Shown: in pieces, positions 9,925 through 19,961 of the stretch
How positions within the stretch are numbered: position 1 is the first letter of the stretch
Layout: each line of letters starts with the position of its first letter
NCBI GenBank assembly: GCA_029569885.1
Contig: JAKQSN010000034.1
Span: 1,137-65,136 of the forward strand
Direction of reading: 5' to 3'
Length of the DNA: 64,000 nucleotides
From: Spirochaetota bacterium
GTDB lineage: Bacteria; Spirochaetota; Spirochaetia; Treponematales; Treponemataceae
The notes under the pieces: generated by a model
What the model was told of the DNA's origin: nothing
Database searches by the model: none
The model's input: the letters and a program-made list of their open reading frames with translations, nothing else
Program-made: the position numbers and the translations under genes

Positions 9925-10425
9925 CTATTGTTTTTCGTACTTTTCCGTCTCGTCATGAATATGTTCAAGCGTAACGCCAGCCTGCTTGAACATGGCAATG
10001 GTATCGGCGCAGTCGTGGTATCGGCGCTCTGCAACTACGCGCAGTATACCGCAGTTGATTATCAGCATCGCGCAGGTGCGGCAGGGCGTCATCTTGCAAT
10101 ACAGCGTCGCTCCGTCTATTGCGATTCCCCGCTTTGCTGCCTGGCAGATCGCATTCTGTTCAGCGTGTACGGTCCGGACGCAGTGCTGGGTAACCGTCCC
10201 GTCCTCGTGCTGCATTTTTTTGAACTGATGCCCGACTTCATCGCAGTGGGGGAGCCCCATCGGACTTCCGACGTAGCCGGTTACCAGAATCTGGTTGTCG
10301 AGTGCAATAACGCACCCGGATCTGCCGCGGTCGCAGGTTGCTCTTTTGGCAACGGTTCTGCACACTTCCATAAAATATTCGTCCCAGGTTGGCCGGACGT
10401 ATCGCTCGCTGCTTTGTGTATTCAT
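9925..10425 (-). CDS. dCMP deaminase family protein
   Basis: RPTWDEYFM, HAEQNAI and PCRTC zinc motifs. Confidence 0.9.
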   Translation of the reverse strand: MNTQSSERYVRPTWDEYFMEVCRTVAKRATCDRGRSGCVIALDNQILVTGYVGSPMGLPHCDEVGHQFKKMQHEDGTVTQHCVRTVHAEQNAICQAAKRGIAIDGATLYCKMTPCRTCAMLIINCGILRVVAERRYHDCADTIAMFKQAGVTLEHIHDETEKYEKQ

Positions 10426-10562
10426 ACTGGCACAATACTAGCACGGCGCCCGTTCGCAGGCAATAATCGGCTCTCCGAAAGCAGAAAAAATCATGCGCGG
10501 ATCAGTCATCCATAGTGCATACCTTGTTTGACTTTTACAGCGGTTATGAGGATATTATTGTT

Positions 10563-12947
10563 ATGCCAGAACAAACCATTGTACCGATCGAGCAGCTGCT
10601 CCCCAATAAACTGTTTCTTATACCATTGATGGGCCGACCGATATTTCCCGGCATTTTTACTCCCGTGATGATCAACAATCCGGACGACGTGAAAGTGATC
10701 GAGGAAGCCTATTCGGGCGACGGTTTCGTCGGTATCAGTATGATCCGCACCGAATCCGAACAGCCGACAGTTTCGGATCTTCACGAAGTAGGTACGGTTG
10801 CCCGCATTATCAAGAAAATCAATCTCCCCGACGGCGGAGTCAATATTTTTATTTCAACCCTCAAACGCTTCCACGTGCGAAAGATCGTGAGCGAGCGACT
10901 TCCAATGCTTGCGATAATCGATTATCTCGAAGACGAGGAGGACGACACCTTCGAGGTCAAGGCTCTCACTCGCGCGCTGATCGGCGAAATGAAGGAAATA
11001 TCCGAAAATAATCCGCTTTTTTCGGAGGAAATGCGCCTGAACATGATCAATATCGATCATCCCGGCAAAATAGCGGACTTTATCGCGAGCATCCTGAATA
11101 TCGAAAAAGCCGACCAGCAGCGTATTCTGGAAATCAAAAATGTCAGACAACGCATGGAGCAGGTTCTGGTGTTTATCAAGAAAGAACAGGAACTGCTGCG
11201 CGTCCAGAAGAAAATTCAAACCGAAATTAACAGCAGAATAGAAAAAAATCAGCGAGACTATTTCCTGCGCGAAGAACTCAAGGCAATCAAGGAAGAGTTG
11301 GGCATGACCACCGACGCCAAGAGTTCGGAATACCAGAAGTTCAAGGAAAAAGTCGAATCGCTCAAATTTGAAGGTGAAATAAAAGAAGCCGTAGACGGCG
11401 AGCTCGAGAAATTCGCGCTCATGGATTCCAATTCGGGTGAATACATCGTTACACGCAATTATCTGGAGACAATCGTGAATCTTCCCTGGCACGAGCCTGC
11501 TCCGGAAGCCTACGAGCTTGCTTCCGCGCGTTCGGTGCTGGACGGCGATCACTATGGTCTCGACGACGTCAAGAAGCGAATTATTGAATATCTTGCGGTC
11601 CGCAAGCTCAAGAAGGACACAAAAGGTTCGATCATTCTGCTCGTCGGACCGCCCGGCGTCGGCAAAACAAGCGTTGGCCGCTCCATCGCCCGCGCAATGA
11701 ACAAGCCCTTCTTCCGCTTTTCGGTGGGAGGCATGCGCGACGAAGCCGAAATCAAGGGCCACCGGCGCACCTATATCGGGGCAATGCCCGGCAAGATTAT
11801 TCAGGGTCTCAAGATCGTCAAACACAAGGCTCCCGTTTTTATGATCGATGAAGTCGATAAAATGGGCCAGAGCTATCAGGGCGATCCTTCAAGCGCCCTG
11901 TTGGAGGTGCTCGATCCGGAGCAGAATGTATCGTTCCGCGATCATTACCTGGATCTCCCGTTCGATCTGTCGAACATCCTGTTTATCCTGACGGCGAATA
12001 CGCTTGATCACATACCGGGGCCCCTGATGGATCGTGCAGAAGTGATCCAGCTCTCCGGCTACATCGATACCGAAAAGCTCGAAATTGCCCGGAAGTATTT
12101 GATTCCCCGGAGCCTGGAACGGAACGGACTCGGGAAGAGCCAGGTCAAATACTCGGCCGACTCGCTTTTATTCATTGCGAACGGCTATGCCCGCGAAGCA
12201 GGTGTGCGCAACTTTGAAAAAAACCTGGACAAGATCCACCGGAAATATGCAACGAAAATCGTGTTCGGCGAATCCGAAGCGAAAGAAAAGTTCTCGCCCG
12301 GAAAAGTCGAAATAGAGGAAATGCTCGGCAAGCCAATATTCCGCGAAGACGGCGAGAAAAAAGCCGACAGGCCCGGTACGGCGGTCGGCCTTGCCTGGAC
12401 CAGTATGGGCGGTGATACGCTCATTATCGAAGCGATAACAAATCCCGGCAAGGAAGGCTTCAGCCTCACCGGACAGATGGGCGACGTCATGAAAGAGTCC
12501 GCGTCCATCGCATGGTCCTGGGTCAAGCACTACCTGACCGAAAGCGGTGCAATAACCAACGACTGGTACGAAAAGCAGACCATACATCTGCACATTCCCG
12601 AAGGTGCCACTCCCAAGGACGGTCCTTCGGCCGGCATCACTATGGCGACAGCGCTTCTTTCGCTCGCCCGCGGAAAAACTATCCGCAAGGCCTTGGCTAT
12701 GACCGGCGAACTTTCGCTTACCGGACAGGTGCTTCCCATCGGCGGCCTGAAGGAAAAAACCATTGCCGCCCGACGGAACGGCATCAAGGAAATCATCATC
12801 CCGAAAGCGAATGTTCGCGATCTGGACGATATCCCCGAACATGTGAAAAAAGGCGTCGCTTTCCATCCGGTTACCAGAATGGAAGACGTTATCGAGATTG
12901 CTTTCGGCAAAAGCAAAAAAGATACCCGGGCGGCTTCGAAAAACTGA
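10563..12947 (+). CDS. lon: ATP-dependent Lon protease
   Basis: Walker A GPPGVGKTS, HRRTYIGAMPG, catalytic PKDGPSAG, IGGLKEK; start chosen after RBS GAGGA. Confidence 0.97.
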   Translation: MPEQTIVPIEQLLPNKLFLIPLMGRPIFPGIFTPVMINNPDDVKVIEEAYSGDGFVGISMIRTESEQPTVSDLHEVGTVARIIKKINLPDGGVNIFISTLKRFHVRKIVSERLPMLAIIDYLEDEEDDTFEVKALTRALIGEMKEISENNPLFSEEMRLNMINIDHPGKIADFIASILNIEKADQQRILEIKNVRQRMEQVLVFIKKEQELLRVQKKIQTEINSRIEKNQRDYFLREELKAIKEELGMTTDAKSSEYQKFKEKVESLKFEGEIKEAVDGELEKFALMDSNSGEYIVTRNYLETIVNLPWHEPAPEAYELASARSVLDGDHYGLDDVKKRIIEYLAVRKLKKDTKGSIILLVGPPGVGKTSVGRSIARAMNKPFFRFSVGGMRDEAEIKGHRRTYIGAMPGKIIQGLKIVKHKAPVFMIDEVDKMGQSYQGDPSSALLEVLDPEQNVSFRDHYLDLPFDLSNILFILTANTLDHIPGPLMDRAEVIQLSGYIDTEKLEIARKYLIPRSLERNGLGKSQVKYSADSLLFIANGYAREAGVRNFEKNLDKIHRKYATKIVFGESEAKEKFSPGKVEIEEMLGKPIFREDGEKKADRPGTAVGLAWTSMGGDTLIIEAITNPGKEGFSLTGQMGDVMKESASIAWSWVKHYLTESGAITNDWYEKQTIHLHIPEGATPKDGPSAGITMATALLSLARGKTIRKALAMTGELSLTGQVLPIGGLKEKTIAARRNGIKEIIIPKANVRDLDDIPEHVKKGVAFHPVTRMEDVIEIAFGKSKKDTRAASKN

Positions 12948-12993
12948 CAGAGTTCAGAAAAGTCAATTTTTCACCCCTCGCACACAGTACAGA

Positions 12994-13030
12994 CAGTCCC
13001 GGAGTTCGGCTTCGGGACTGTTTTTATTTC
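12994..13030 (+). terminator. intrinsic terminator after lon
   Basis: CAGTCCCGGAG-TTCGG-CTTCGGGACTG followed by a T tract. Confidence 0.75.
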
Positions 13031-13052
13031 TGTGAACGACACCCGCTCTCTG

Positions 13053-13685
13053 TCAAAATTCTCTGTGCGCAAAAAGCGCGCATGAAACTGCGAATGATAC
13101 AGCCTGAACAGCGAGTGCGATTGCGACTATCGAAGAAAGCATAATCAAAGATGTAACTCTTTCTGTTACAATCGAATTTTCCGGACGCATCATTTCCCTG
13201 GCAGCTGATACCGCAGCCGAATTGACGATCATAACAATAAAATTAATCCAGCGGGTTTTGTCGTATCCAAGGCGGAACTGAAACGGAAGCGAAATGCCGG
13301 TGGTCAGACAGGAAGCAAAAATTGCCAGAACAGTGTCGACCGCTTCCGGTGCGCGCACGGGTAGCCCCAGAAACGAACCTGCACTGCCGGCAGCGAACGC
13401 GAGTAACAACGTTGCGAACGCAACGAGCAAACACGAAAGATACCGCGACAAAACCCATTCGCTCCGCGATACTGGCAGCGACAGGTAAAAACGCTCCTGT
13501 GCGTATTTGTAGTCGTACATTCCTGAATAGGCGACAAAGTAGTACGTCGGCATACACAACAAAAAAACCCCGACCGGCGAACTCCCGTGCATCGCAACCA
13601 AAGCCGCACCGATGCAAATGAGCGACGGTACAGTCGCCTTCGATTTCAATATTGCAAGCACATCCTTATATACCAGCGTGTACAC
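13053..13685 (-). CDS. ABC-2 type transporter permease
   Basis: About six TM helices, SLPVSRSEWVLSRY motif, downstream of the ABC ATPase. Confidence 0.82.
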   Translation of the reverse strand: MYTLVYKDVLAILKSKATVPSLICIGAALVAMHGSSPVGVFLLCMPTYYFVAYSGMYDYKYAQERFYLSLPVSRSEWVLSRYLSCLLVAFATLLLAFAAGSAGSFLGLPVRAPEAVDTVLAIFASCLTTGISLPFQFRLGYDKTRWINFIVMIVNSAAVSAAREMMRPENSIVTERVTSLIMLSSIVAIALAVQAVSFAVSCALFAHREF

Positions 13686-14721
13686 GATAATCCTCCCTTG
13701 TGGAATAGATCATGATATCGTCAAGACTAGCGCGTTCTGTAACTATCCCGGTAGCATCAGCAAACGGGAGGTCCGATTTCTCCGCTCGACGTTTTGCCCC
13801 TGCTCCGTCCAGATAGCCGGCAGTGTTCGGCTCCCTTTCCCTTTCAGGATATCGGGGCCCGAACAGGGCGGTAAAGGAATGTTCGTCGCGCCTGATACCG
13901 ATACAGCACGTTGTGTTACCGGCGTGCGGCGCACCGCCGGCCAATTCATCCGCCGGGGTCCCTGCATGCGCGCCCGCATGCTCGCCCGCAGGCGCGCCGG
14001 CAGGCGCGAAATACGGAGCAAGTACGTCGGAGGACAGCAATTGAATAGAGCCTTTTACGATACGGTACGATTCTTCGATTTCGGTTTTTGTTTTTTCAAA
14101 AACGACGCGACCCCTGTCCAACAGAACCACACGGTCTGCGATGCGGTTCAAGTCCTCGGTTATGTGCGTCGAAAAAAAGACGCTCCGGTTTTCCTCTTGC
14201 ATAAAGCCGAACAGCTCATCCAGGAATTCGCTCCTGAAAACGGGATCCAGACCGCTGGTCGGTTCATCCATCAAAATTAGTTCGGCGTTGTGCGACGTGG
14301 CGATTGCCAGCATCAGTTTAATTTTCATGCCTTTGGAAAACTCGGCTATTTTCTGCTTTTCGTCGAGACCGTAACGTGCAAGTCGACTCCGGTATTCTTC
14401 CCGGTCCCAGCTGCGGTACAGCGGTCCGACAATGCGTCCGGTTTCGCCGGCGGTGAGGTCTTCGTTCAAAAATGTATCGTCGTGAACAAAGCCGATGCGT
14501 TCGCGGATTGTCCGGTCCGAGGGGCTGCCGCCAAGGAGCGAAACTGTCCCGGAATCTGGGCGCGCAAGGCCGAGCATAATTCTGATTGTCGTTGTTTTTC
14601 CTGCACCGTTCGGGCCGATGAAGCCCAGCACTTCGCCTTTGGGCAGGGTGAAGCTGACGCCGTCCAACGAAAAACTCCGGTATGTCTTGCGCAGATTGCG
14701 TACTTCAATTGCTGTTTCCAT
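13666..14721 (-). CDS. ABC transporter ATP-binding protein (YtrB-like) with a low-complexity insertion
   Basis: GPNGAGKTT, FSKGMK, LILMDEPTSGLD, STH; Ala/Gly/Pro-rich insert near the C-terminus. Confidence 0.92.
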   Translation of the reverse strand: METAIEVRNLRKTYRSFSLDGVSFTLPKGEVLGFIGPNGAGKTTTIRIMLGLARPDSGTVSLLGGSPSDRTIRERIGFVHDDTFLNEDLTAGETGRIVGPLYRSWDREEYRSRLARYGLDEKQKIAEFSKGMKIKLMLAIATSHNAELILMDEPTSGLDPVFRSEFLDELFGFMQEENRSVFFSTHITEDLNRIADRVVLLDRGRVVFEKTKTEIEESYRIVKGSIQLLSSDVLAPYFAPAGAPAGEHAGAHAGTPADELAGGAPHAGNTTCCIGIRRDEHSFTALFGPRYPEREREPNTAGYLDGAGAKRRAEKSDLPFADATGIVTERASLDDIMIYSTREDYRVHAGI

Positions 14722-15097
14722 GTGTATCCTCCAGCAACAAAATATCGAGTGCCTTTTTAATGTCTTTTGCGTCGATTCTCGCCTGTTTAGCCGCTTCGAT
14801 TGCGCGGGCGAGATGCGCCTCTATCTCTGTCATTTTTCGTTCACGGAATGCGTTCTGATTCCGCACTGCCACGAAGCTGCCGCGCCCCGGGACTGTCTGC
14901 AAAATCCCTTCGGCTTCAAGGTCGTCGTAGGCGCGCTTGACGGTGATGACGGAGACTCGCAGTTCTGCTGCGAGCTGCCGGATCGACGGAAGCTGTTCTC
15001 CTTCCGTAAGTGTGCCGTCGAGGGCCTGGTTGCGGATTTGGTCTTCTATCTGGGCATAAATCGGACGCGGCGATGCGTTTTGAATAAGAACGTTGAT
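14705..15097 (-). CDS. GntR (YtrA subfamily) regulator, apparent ATC start
   Basis: Frame reads INVLIQNASPRPIYAQIEDQIR...LPSIRQLAAELRVSVITVKRAYDDLE...PGRGSFV; AGGAGG lies 6 nt before ATC; no in-frame ATG/GTG/TTG before the upstream stop. Confidence 0.85.
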   Translation of the reverse strand: MNVLIQNASPRPIYAQIEDQIRNQALDGTLTEGEQLPSIRQLAAELRVSVITVKRAYDDLEAEGILQTVPGRGSFVAVRNQNAFRERKMTEIEAHLARAIEAAKQARIDAKDIKKALDILLLEDTHGNSN

Positions 15098-15146
15098 CCT
15101 GTGCCTCCTGTGCGCTGGTTGATGATCTGTTCGTGCTTGAATATTA

Positions 15147-15189
15147 CTGTTATATAACGAATATATACAGACAGTGCGCAGCTTGTCAA
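15147..15189 (-). promoter_or_regulatory. promoter with overlapping YtrA-type operator
   Basis: TTGACA (15189-15184) then TATATT 18 bp downstream; imperfect palindrome CTGTTATATAACGAATATATACAG at 15147-15170. Confidence 0.65.
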
Positions 15190-15216
15190 GCTTGGAGATG
15201 CGCTTTCAGACAATAC

Positions 15217-15332
15217 GCCGCCGGAAGATGCGCCGCCAGGCGATGGGCCGCCAGGCGATGGGCCGCCTGCTGATGCACCGCCAAACGATGCACGTCGGCT
15301 GCCGATGCACCGCCAGACGATGCACGTCGGCT
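15217..15332. repeat. degenerate ~15-bp tandem repeat
   Basis: Units GCCGCCAGGCGATGG / ACCGCCAGACGATGC, about seven copies. Confidence 0.8.
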
Positions 15333-15357
15333 GCTGGAGGAAAACTCCTGCAGGAGG

Positions 15358-17613
15358 CTACACAATTTCCAGGATCGTGCTCTTCAAGTTTCCGATGCGG
15401 GAGTCGTGGCCGACGAGTATGTCGAACTCCCCGGGTTCAAGGACGGTCTTTCCGTTTCTGTCGACAAGCGAGAGCGCGTCGGTTTCGAGCGTAATCTCCA
15501 CTGTGGCTGTCTGACCGGCAGGTATGAATACTCGCTTGAAGCCTTTCAGCTCGCGCACCGGTGTTACGACCGAAGCGATTCTGTCGGCGGCATAGAGCTG
15601 GACAGTTTCAGTACCATCAAGGCTTCCGGTGTTTGTAACAGAGACAGTTACCGTGACGGTGTCGCCGGCAGAGGCGCGAGAAGCAGAAAGCTTTGGCGTT
15701 TCATAGCTGAATGTTGTCCAGCCGAGTCCTTCGCCGAAGGCGAACAGCGGATCCCGGGGGCAATCGCAATAGGCGCCGTCGTGCCAGCCGGGGAGCTGGT
15801 TGTAATACACCGGAAGCTGGCCGGTTTTACGGGGAAACGATATGGGAAGCCTTCCCCGGGGCTCGGAGAGTCCGAAGATGATTTCGGCAATCGCTTGTCC
15901 GCCATAGATGCCGGGATTGAATGCTTCGATAACTGCATTCGATGCGCACGCGACCCTTTCGAACTCCAGCGGTTTGCCGTTGATCAGTACTGCGGTGAGC
16001 GGAATCTTCCGTACCGAAGCGACTTTGGACAGCGATTCGACCAGTCTGTCCTGGGCGCCGGTGAGCGCCAGATCGGAGCGGTCGTGCGTTTCACCGTTCA
16101 GGATAAGGGTGTCGCCAACGCACACTATTATTGCATCGGCGCGTGCAGCAATTTCGCAGGCTTCCGCTATCTGCTCCTTTGCAGGATCGAGGATGTCGCA
16201 GCCTTTGTGCCACAGAACTTCGACGCCGAAGTGTCCGGCAATATCCCTGACTCCTTCGAGCAGCGTGGTAACCCTAAGCTCTGGTATGGAATCAAGGGCG
16301 GGGACCGGGTGGGTAAAGAACGTCCAGTCGCCAAACTGGGCCCGGACTGAATCCGCGTTCGGTCCGATGACTGCTATCCGCTTGACTGATTTTCCGGCGG
16401 CATCGTTTCCGGTGCGGAGCGGAAGAGCTGGAACTCCTGAAAGATCTTCATTCTTGAGAAGGACGATAGAGTCGCGTGCAGCGTCGAGCGCGAGAGCGCG
16501 GTGTTCGCTGCAGGCAAATACAGCGCGTGCTTTTTCCGCTTGGGGATCTTCGGCTGTTGGGAGGGTCAAAATTTTCTCTGGTACGTCGAACAGGCCTGCG
16601 CGGAATTTGACGGCGAGGATCCGTGTGACTGCATCTTCTATCTGCGCAATGTCTGCCTTTCCGTCGCGGACGAGGGCAAGCATCGATTCGTAAAACTCCG
16701 GAGAAGTCATTATCATATCGTTTCCCGATTCAAGGGCGATACGGGATGCATCTTTCATGTGTGCGGCCATTTTTTGTCGGCTCATCAGGCTGGTGGTATT
16801 CATCCAGTCTGTCACGACGAACCCGTCGAAACCGAGTTCATTTTTTAAAATATCGCGCAAAAGCGTTTCGTTCGCCGAGCAGGGAACGCCGTCCACCGGA
16901 TTGTAGCCGGCCATGAAGGTCAGGCATCCGGCTTTCACCGCCTCGATGAACGGCGGCAAGAAGTTTGTCCGCACGTTCCTGATCGAAACCGGAGCATCGT
17001 AGGAATCCCGGCCTCCGGTGCTTTCGCCGTACGCAATATAATGCTTTGCACAGGCGATAATGCTGTCGGGATTTCTGGTGTCGGTTCCCTGGTAGCCGCG
17101 GACCATTGCCGCTCCGAGGCGTCCGGCAAGAAGTTTGTCTTCGCCGAATGTTTCGTTGATGCGTCCCCATCTGAGGTCCCTGCCGAGGCAGAAAACCGGC
17201 GAAAATGTCCAGTGAAGCCCTTCGGCGGCGACTTCTTTTGCTGTTGCGCGCGCAACGCGGTATGCAAGGTCTTCATTCCAGGAACAGGCGAGCGCGAGCT
17301 GGGTGGGAAAAACGGTTGCGCCGTTGTGAAGGCCGTGTCCGTGTATTGCGTCAATGCCGAAAATAACCGGAATCCCCAGACGGTTTTTGGTAGCCAGACG
17401 CTGCAGCCGGCGCGCATTGTCTCCAAGCACATGCAAAAACGAGCCGGCTCCCCGAACCGCCCATTCATCTGCAGTTTTCTCCGGTACGACGCTGTAGCTG
17501 ATCTGCACCATCTGGGCGATTTTCTCTTCCAGAGTCATCTCGTTCAGCAGCAGCTGTATCCGTTTGGTTTCGGGGAGTGTCGAATCAAGCCAGGGTCGGT
17601 TCGGTATGCTCAT
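15358..17613 (-). CDS. GH3 beta-glucosidase/beta-xylosidase
   Basis: MTLEEKIAQM, DAIHG, RDLRWGRINETFGED, KHY, VVTDW nucleophile, C-terminal Fn3-like domain. Confidence 0.93.
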   Translation of the reverse strand: MSIPNRPWLDSTLPETKRIQLLLNEMTLEEKIAQMVQISYSVVPEKTADEWAVRGAGSFLHVLGDNARRLQRLATKNRLGIPVIFGIDAIHGHGLHNGATVFPTQLALACSWNEDLAYRVARATAKEVAAEGLHWTFSPVFCLGRDLRWGRINETFGEDKLLAGRLGAAMVRGYQGTDTRNPDSIIACAKHYIAYGESTGGRDSYDAPVSIRNVRTNFLPPFIEAVKAGCLTFMAGYNPVDGVPCSANETLLRDILKNELGFDGFVVTDWMNTTSLMSRQKMAAHMKDASRIALESGNDMIMTSPEFYESMLALVRDGKADIAQIEDAVTRILAVKFRAGLFDVPEKILTLPTAEDPQAEKARAVFACSEHRALALDAARDSIVLLKNEDLSGVPALPLRTGNDAAGKSVKRIAVIGPNADSVRAQFGDWTFFTHPVPALDSIPELRVTTLLEGVRDIAGHFGVEVLWHKGCDILDPAKEQIAEACEIAARADAIIVCVGDTLILNGETHDRSDLALTGAQDRLVESLSKVASVRKIPLTAVLINGKPLEFERVACASNAVIEAFNPGIYGGQAIAEIIFGLSEPRGRLPISFPRKTGQLPVYYNQLPGWHDGAYCDCPRDPLFAFGEGLGWTTFSYETPKLSASRASAGDTVTVTVSVTNTGSLDGTETVQLYAADRIASVVTPVRELKGFKRVFIPAGQTATVEITLETDALSLVDRNGKTVLEPGEFDILVGHDSRIGNLKSTILEIV

Positions 17614-17764
17614 ATACGCTCCGTTATTAAAAGTTTCTGTCAGAAACAAATATAGTCCGGAATGGTTTTCTGTGCAAGAGTGAGGCCCGGAACAAGCGCA
17701 CATCTTCTGCCTCTTGAGGAAAGCGGTCCAAACAGGTAGTATTGGCCTGAACGGGAGTTGCACT

Positions 17765-19807
17765 ATGCTGAATACAATGAGAAATATTGGAATAATGGCG
17801 CACATCGATGCGGGAAAAACTACCACATCGGAGCGCATCCTTTTTTATACGGGTAAAATTCACCGGATTGGTGAAATTGATGATGGCCAGGCGACGATGG
17901 ACTGGATGTCCCAGGAGCAGGAACGGGGTATTACAATCCAGAGCGCCGCGATCACGACATACTGGCGCGATCATCAGATCAATCTTATCGATACGCCCGG
18001 GCATGTCGATTTTACGGCGGAAGTCGAACGATCTCTCCGCGTCCTGGACGGATCCGTTGCAGTTCTGTGTGCCGTCGGCGGCGTGCAGCCCCAGACTGAA
18101 ACTGTCTGGAGGCAGGCGGACCAGTATTCCGTTCCCCGCATTTGTTTCGTCAATAAAATGGATCGTGTCGGGGCAGATTTTTTTAGAGCACTTGACGATG
18201 TTCATGAAAAATTCGGCGCAGTGTGCCTGCCTCTGCAAATTCCGATAGGGCAGGGCGGCGATTTTGAGGGTGTAATCGACCTGGTGCGAATGCGCGAAAT
18301 TCGCTGGGATGCGGACTCCGAGGGGGAAAAGATGGAATTTTCTCCGGTTGCTCCGGAGCGTACCGAAGAGGCCGGGAACTGGCGTGAAAAAATGCTGGAC
18401 GTGATCTCTTCCGGTTCTGACGAAATAACCGAGCTTGTTCTGGACGGCAAGGATGTACCGGAAGAGCTGATTGTAAAAGAGATACGAAAAGGGGTACTCT
18501 CCCGGACCTTCGTCCCGTTTTTATGCGGTGCATCCCGCAGAAATCAGGGTATCCAGCCGCTGATCGACGCAATCGTCGATTATCTGCCTGCTCCGGACGA
18601 GGTTCCGGCGGCAGTGGGCTTTCATACCAAAAAAGAGGAAGAAGTGCAGATTCCCTGCACTCCGGACGGAGTAGCGCTCGGTCTGGTTTTTAAAATCCAG
18701 TACGACCGCGAAGCCGGTTCGCTGTGTTATGTTCGCATGTATTCCGGCAAGATAAAAAACGGTGACCAGATATACAATGTCGGAAAGAAAAAACGGGAGC
18801 GCGTTAACCGGATTCTCAGAATGCACTCCAACAAATCAGAACCAATGGATTCGGTGGAAGCAGGAGATATCGCGGTTTTTATAGGCCCGAAGCTCGCGCA
18901 GACCGGCGATACGCTCGGGAGTGAAGGTATGCCGATTCTTCTGGAAAAAATGCATTTTCCAGAACCGGTGATCTCCGTTTCGATTGAACCGAAAACGATG
19001 TCCGAGCGGGATAAGCTCAAGGAAACGCTTGAAGTTCTTTCCCGGGAGGATCCAACCTTTACAAGCCGGGAAGATGCGGAAACCGGCCAGTTGATCATAT
19101 CCGGTATGGGGGAGCTTCATATTGATGTGCTTGTTACCCGCATGATACACGATTTCAAGGTGCAGGCACGCGTCGGCAATCCGCAGGTTACGTATCGGGA
19201 ATCGGTCACTGCGACGGTTGAGCATTCCGAACTGTTCAGCAAAAATCTTGGAGGCAAGGATGTCGCTGCGGGAGTTACAATTCGTGTGGAACAGCTTCCG
19301 CGCGGAAGCGGAAACCGTTATGTAAATATGGTAAAGAAGTCGGCAGTTCCGGAAGATATCTTTGATGCGATCGAGCAGGCGGTAACAAGCGCGTTCCAGT
19401 CGGGTATCCAGTACGGATATCCCTGCGCAGACGTTGGCGTGACGCTTGTGGCTGTCGATTACAACGAACTGACCGCAACTCCGTTTGCATTCACGTCGGC
19501 AGCATCGATGGCGTTCGACGAAGCCTGCCGGAAAGCGTCGCCGGAGCTTCTGGAACCGGTAATGAATGTAGATATTCTGTGCCCGAAAGACTTTGTCGGA
19601 GATGCAATGAGCCAGATTACCCAGCGCGGAGGGCTTATATCGAGTCTGGAATCGAAACCGTCGGTCGAGGTTGTTCATGCGCAGGCTCCAATGGCAAAAA
19701 TGTTCGGTTTTTCGACTTCTTTGCGTTCTGTAACCCAGGGAAGAGCCTCGTTCGGTATGACCTTCTCCCATTTTGAAGTCAAAAAAGGCGGGCTTGGCCA
19801 GTTCTGA
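17765..19807 (+). CDS. fusA: elongation factor G paralogue (spirochaete EF-G2-like)
   Basis: AHIDAGKTT, ERGITI, DTPGHVDF, NKMD, SGMGELH; divergent domain IV. Confidence 0.93.
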   Translation: MLNTMRNIGIMAHIDAGKTTTSERILFYTGKIHRIGEIDDGQATMDWMSQEQERGITIQSAAITTYWRDHQINLIDTPGHVDFTAEVERSLRVLDGSVAVLCAVGGVQPQTETVWRQADQYSVPRICFVNKMDRVGADFFRALDDVHEKFGAVCLPLQIPIGQGGDFEGVIDLVRMREIRWDADSEGEKMEFSPVAPERTEEAGNWREKMLDVISSGSDEITELVLDGKDVPEELIVKEIRKGVLSRTFVPFLCGASRRNQGIQPLIDAIVDYLPAPDEVPAAVGFHTKKEEEVQIPCTPDGVALGLVFKIQYDREAGSLCYVRMYSGKIKNGDQIYNVGKKKRERVNRILRMHSNKSEPMDSVEAGDIAVFIGPKLAQTGDTLGSEGMPILLEKMHFPEPVISVSIEPKTMSERDKLKETLEVLSREDPTFTSREDAETGQLIISGMGELHIDVLVTRMIHDFKVQARVGNPQVTYRESVTATVEHSELFSKNLGGKDVAAGVTIRVEQLPRGSGNRYVNMVKKSAVPEDIFDAIEQAVTSAFQSGIQYGYPCADVGVTLVAVDYNELTATPFAFTSAASMAFDEACRKASPELLEPVMNVDILCPKDFVGDAMSQITQRGGLISSLESKPSVEVVHAQAPMAKMFGFSTSLRSVTQGRASFGMTFSHFEVKKGGLGQF

Positions 19808-19874
19808 TTTTTCAACCCCGAGCATCCAGCTGTCGGAGTCGGGGTTCAGCCCACAAAAAATTTCCCCTTCGAGC

Positions 19875-19902
19875 TTGTCAGTTTCCGCTTTCGTGGTATA
19901 CT
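19875..19902 (+). promoter_or_regulatory. sigma70-type promoter
   Basis: TTGTCA-16 bp-TATACT upstream of the receiver gene. Confidence 0.5.
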
Positions 19903-19961
19903 TGTTTTTGTAAGAGCCTCAAGTAATAAAACGTAAAACAAAACAGGTCCTGGAGACTCAC

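Noticed and set aside
15217-15332. Possible CRISPR array (also considered 23323-23460 and 36800-36868)
   Set aside because: Units are 9-15 bp, contiguous and degenerate, with no unique spacers and no cas genes.
17614-17838. Overlap between the GH3 and EF-G ORFs
   Set aside because: An artefact of longest-ORF starts; the likely starts (17613 and 17765) are divergent and do not overlap.
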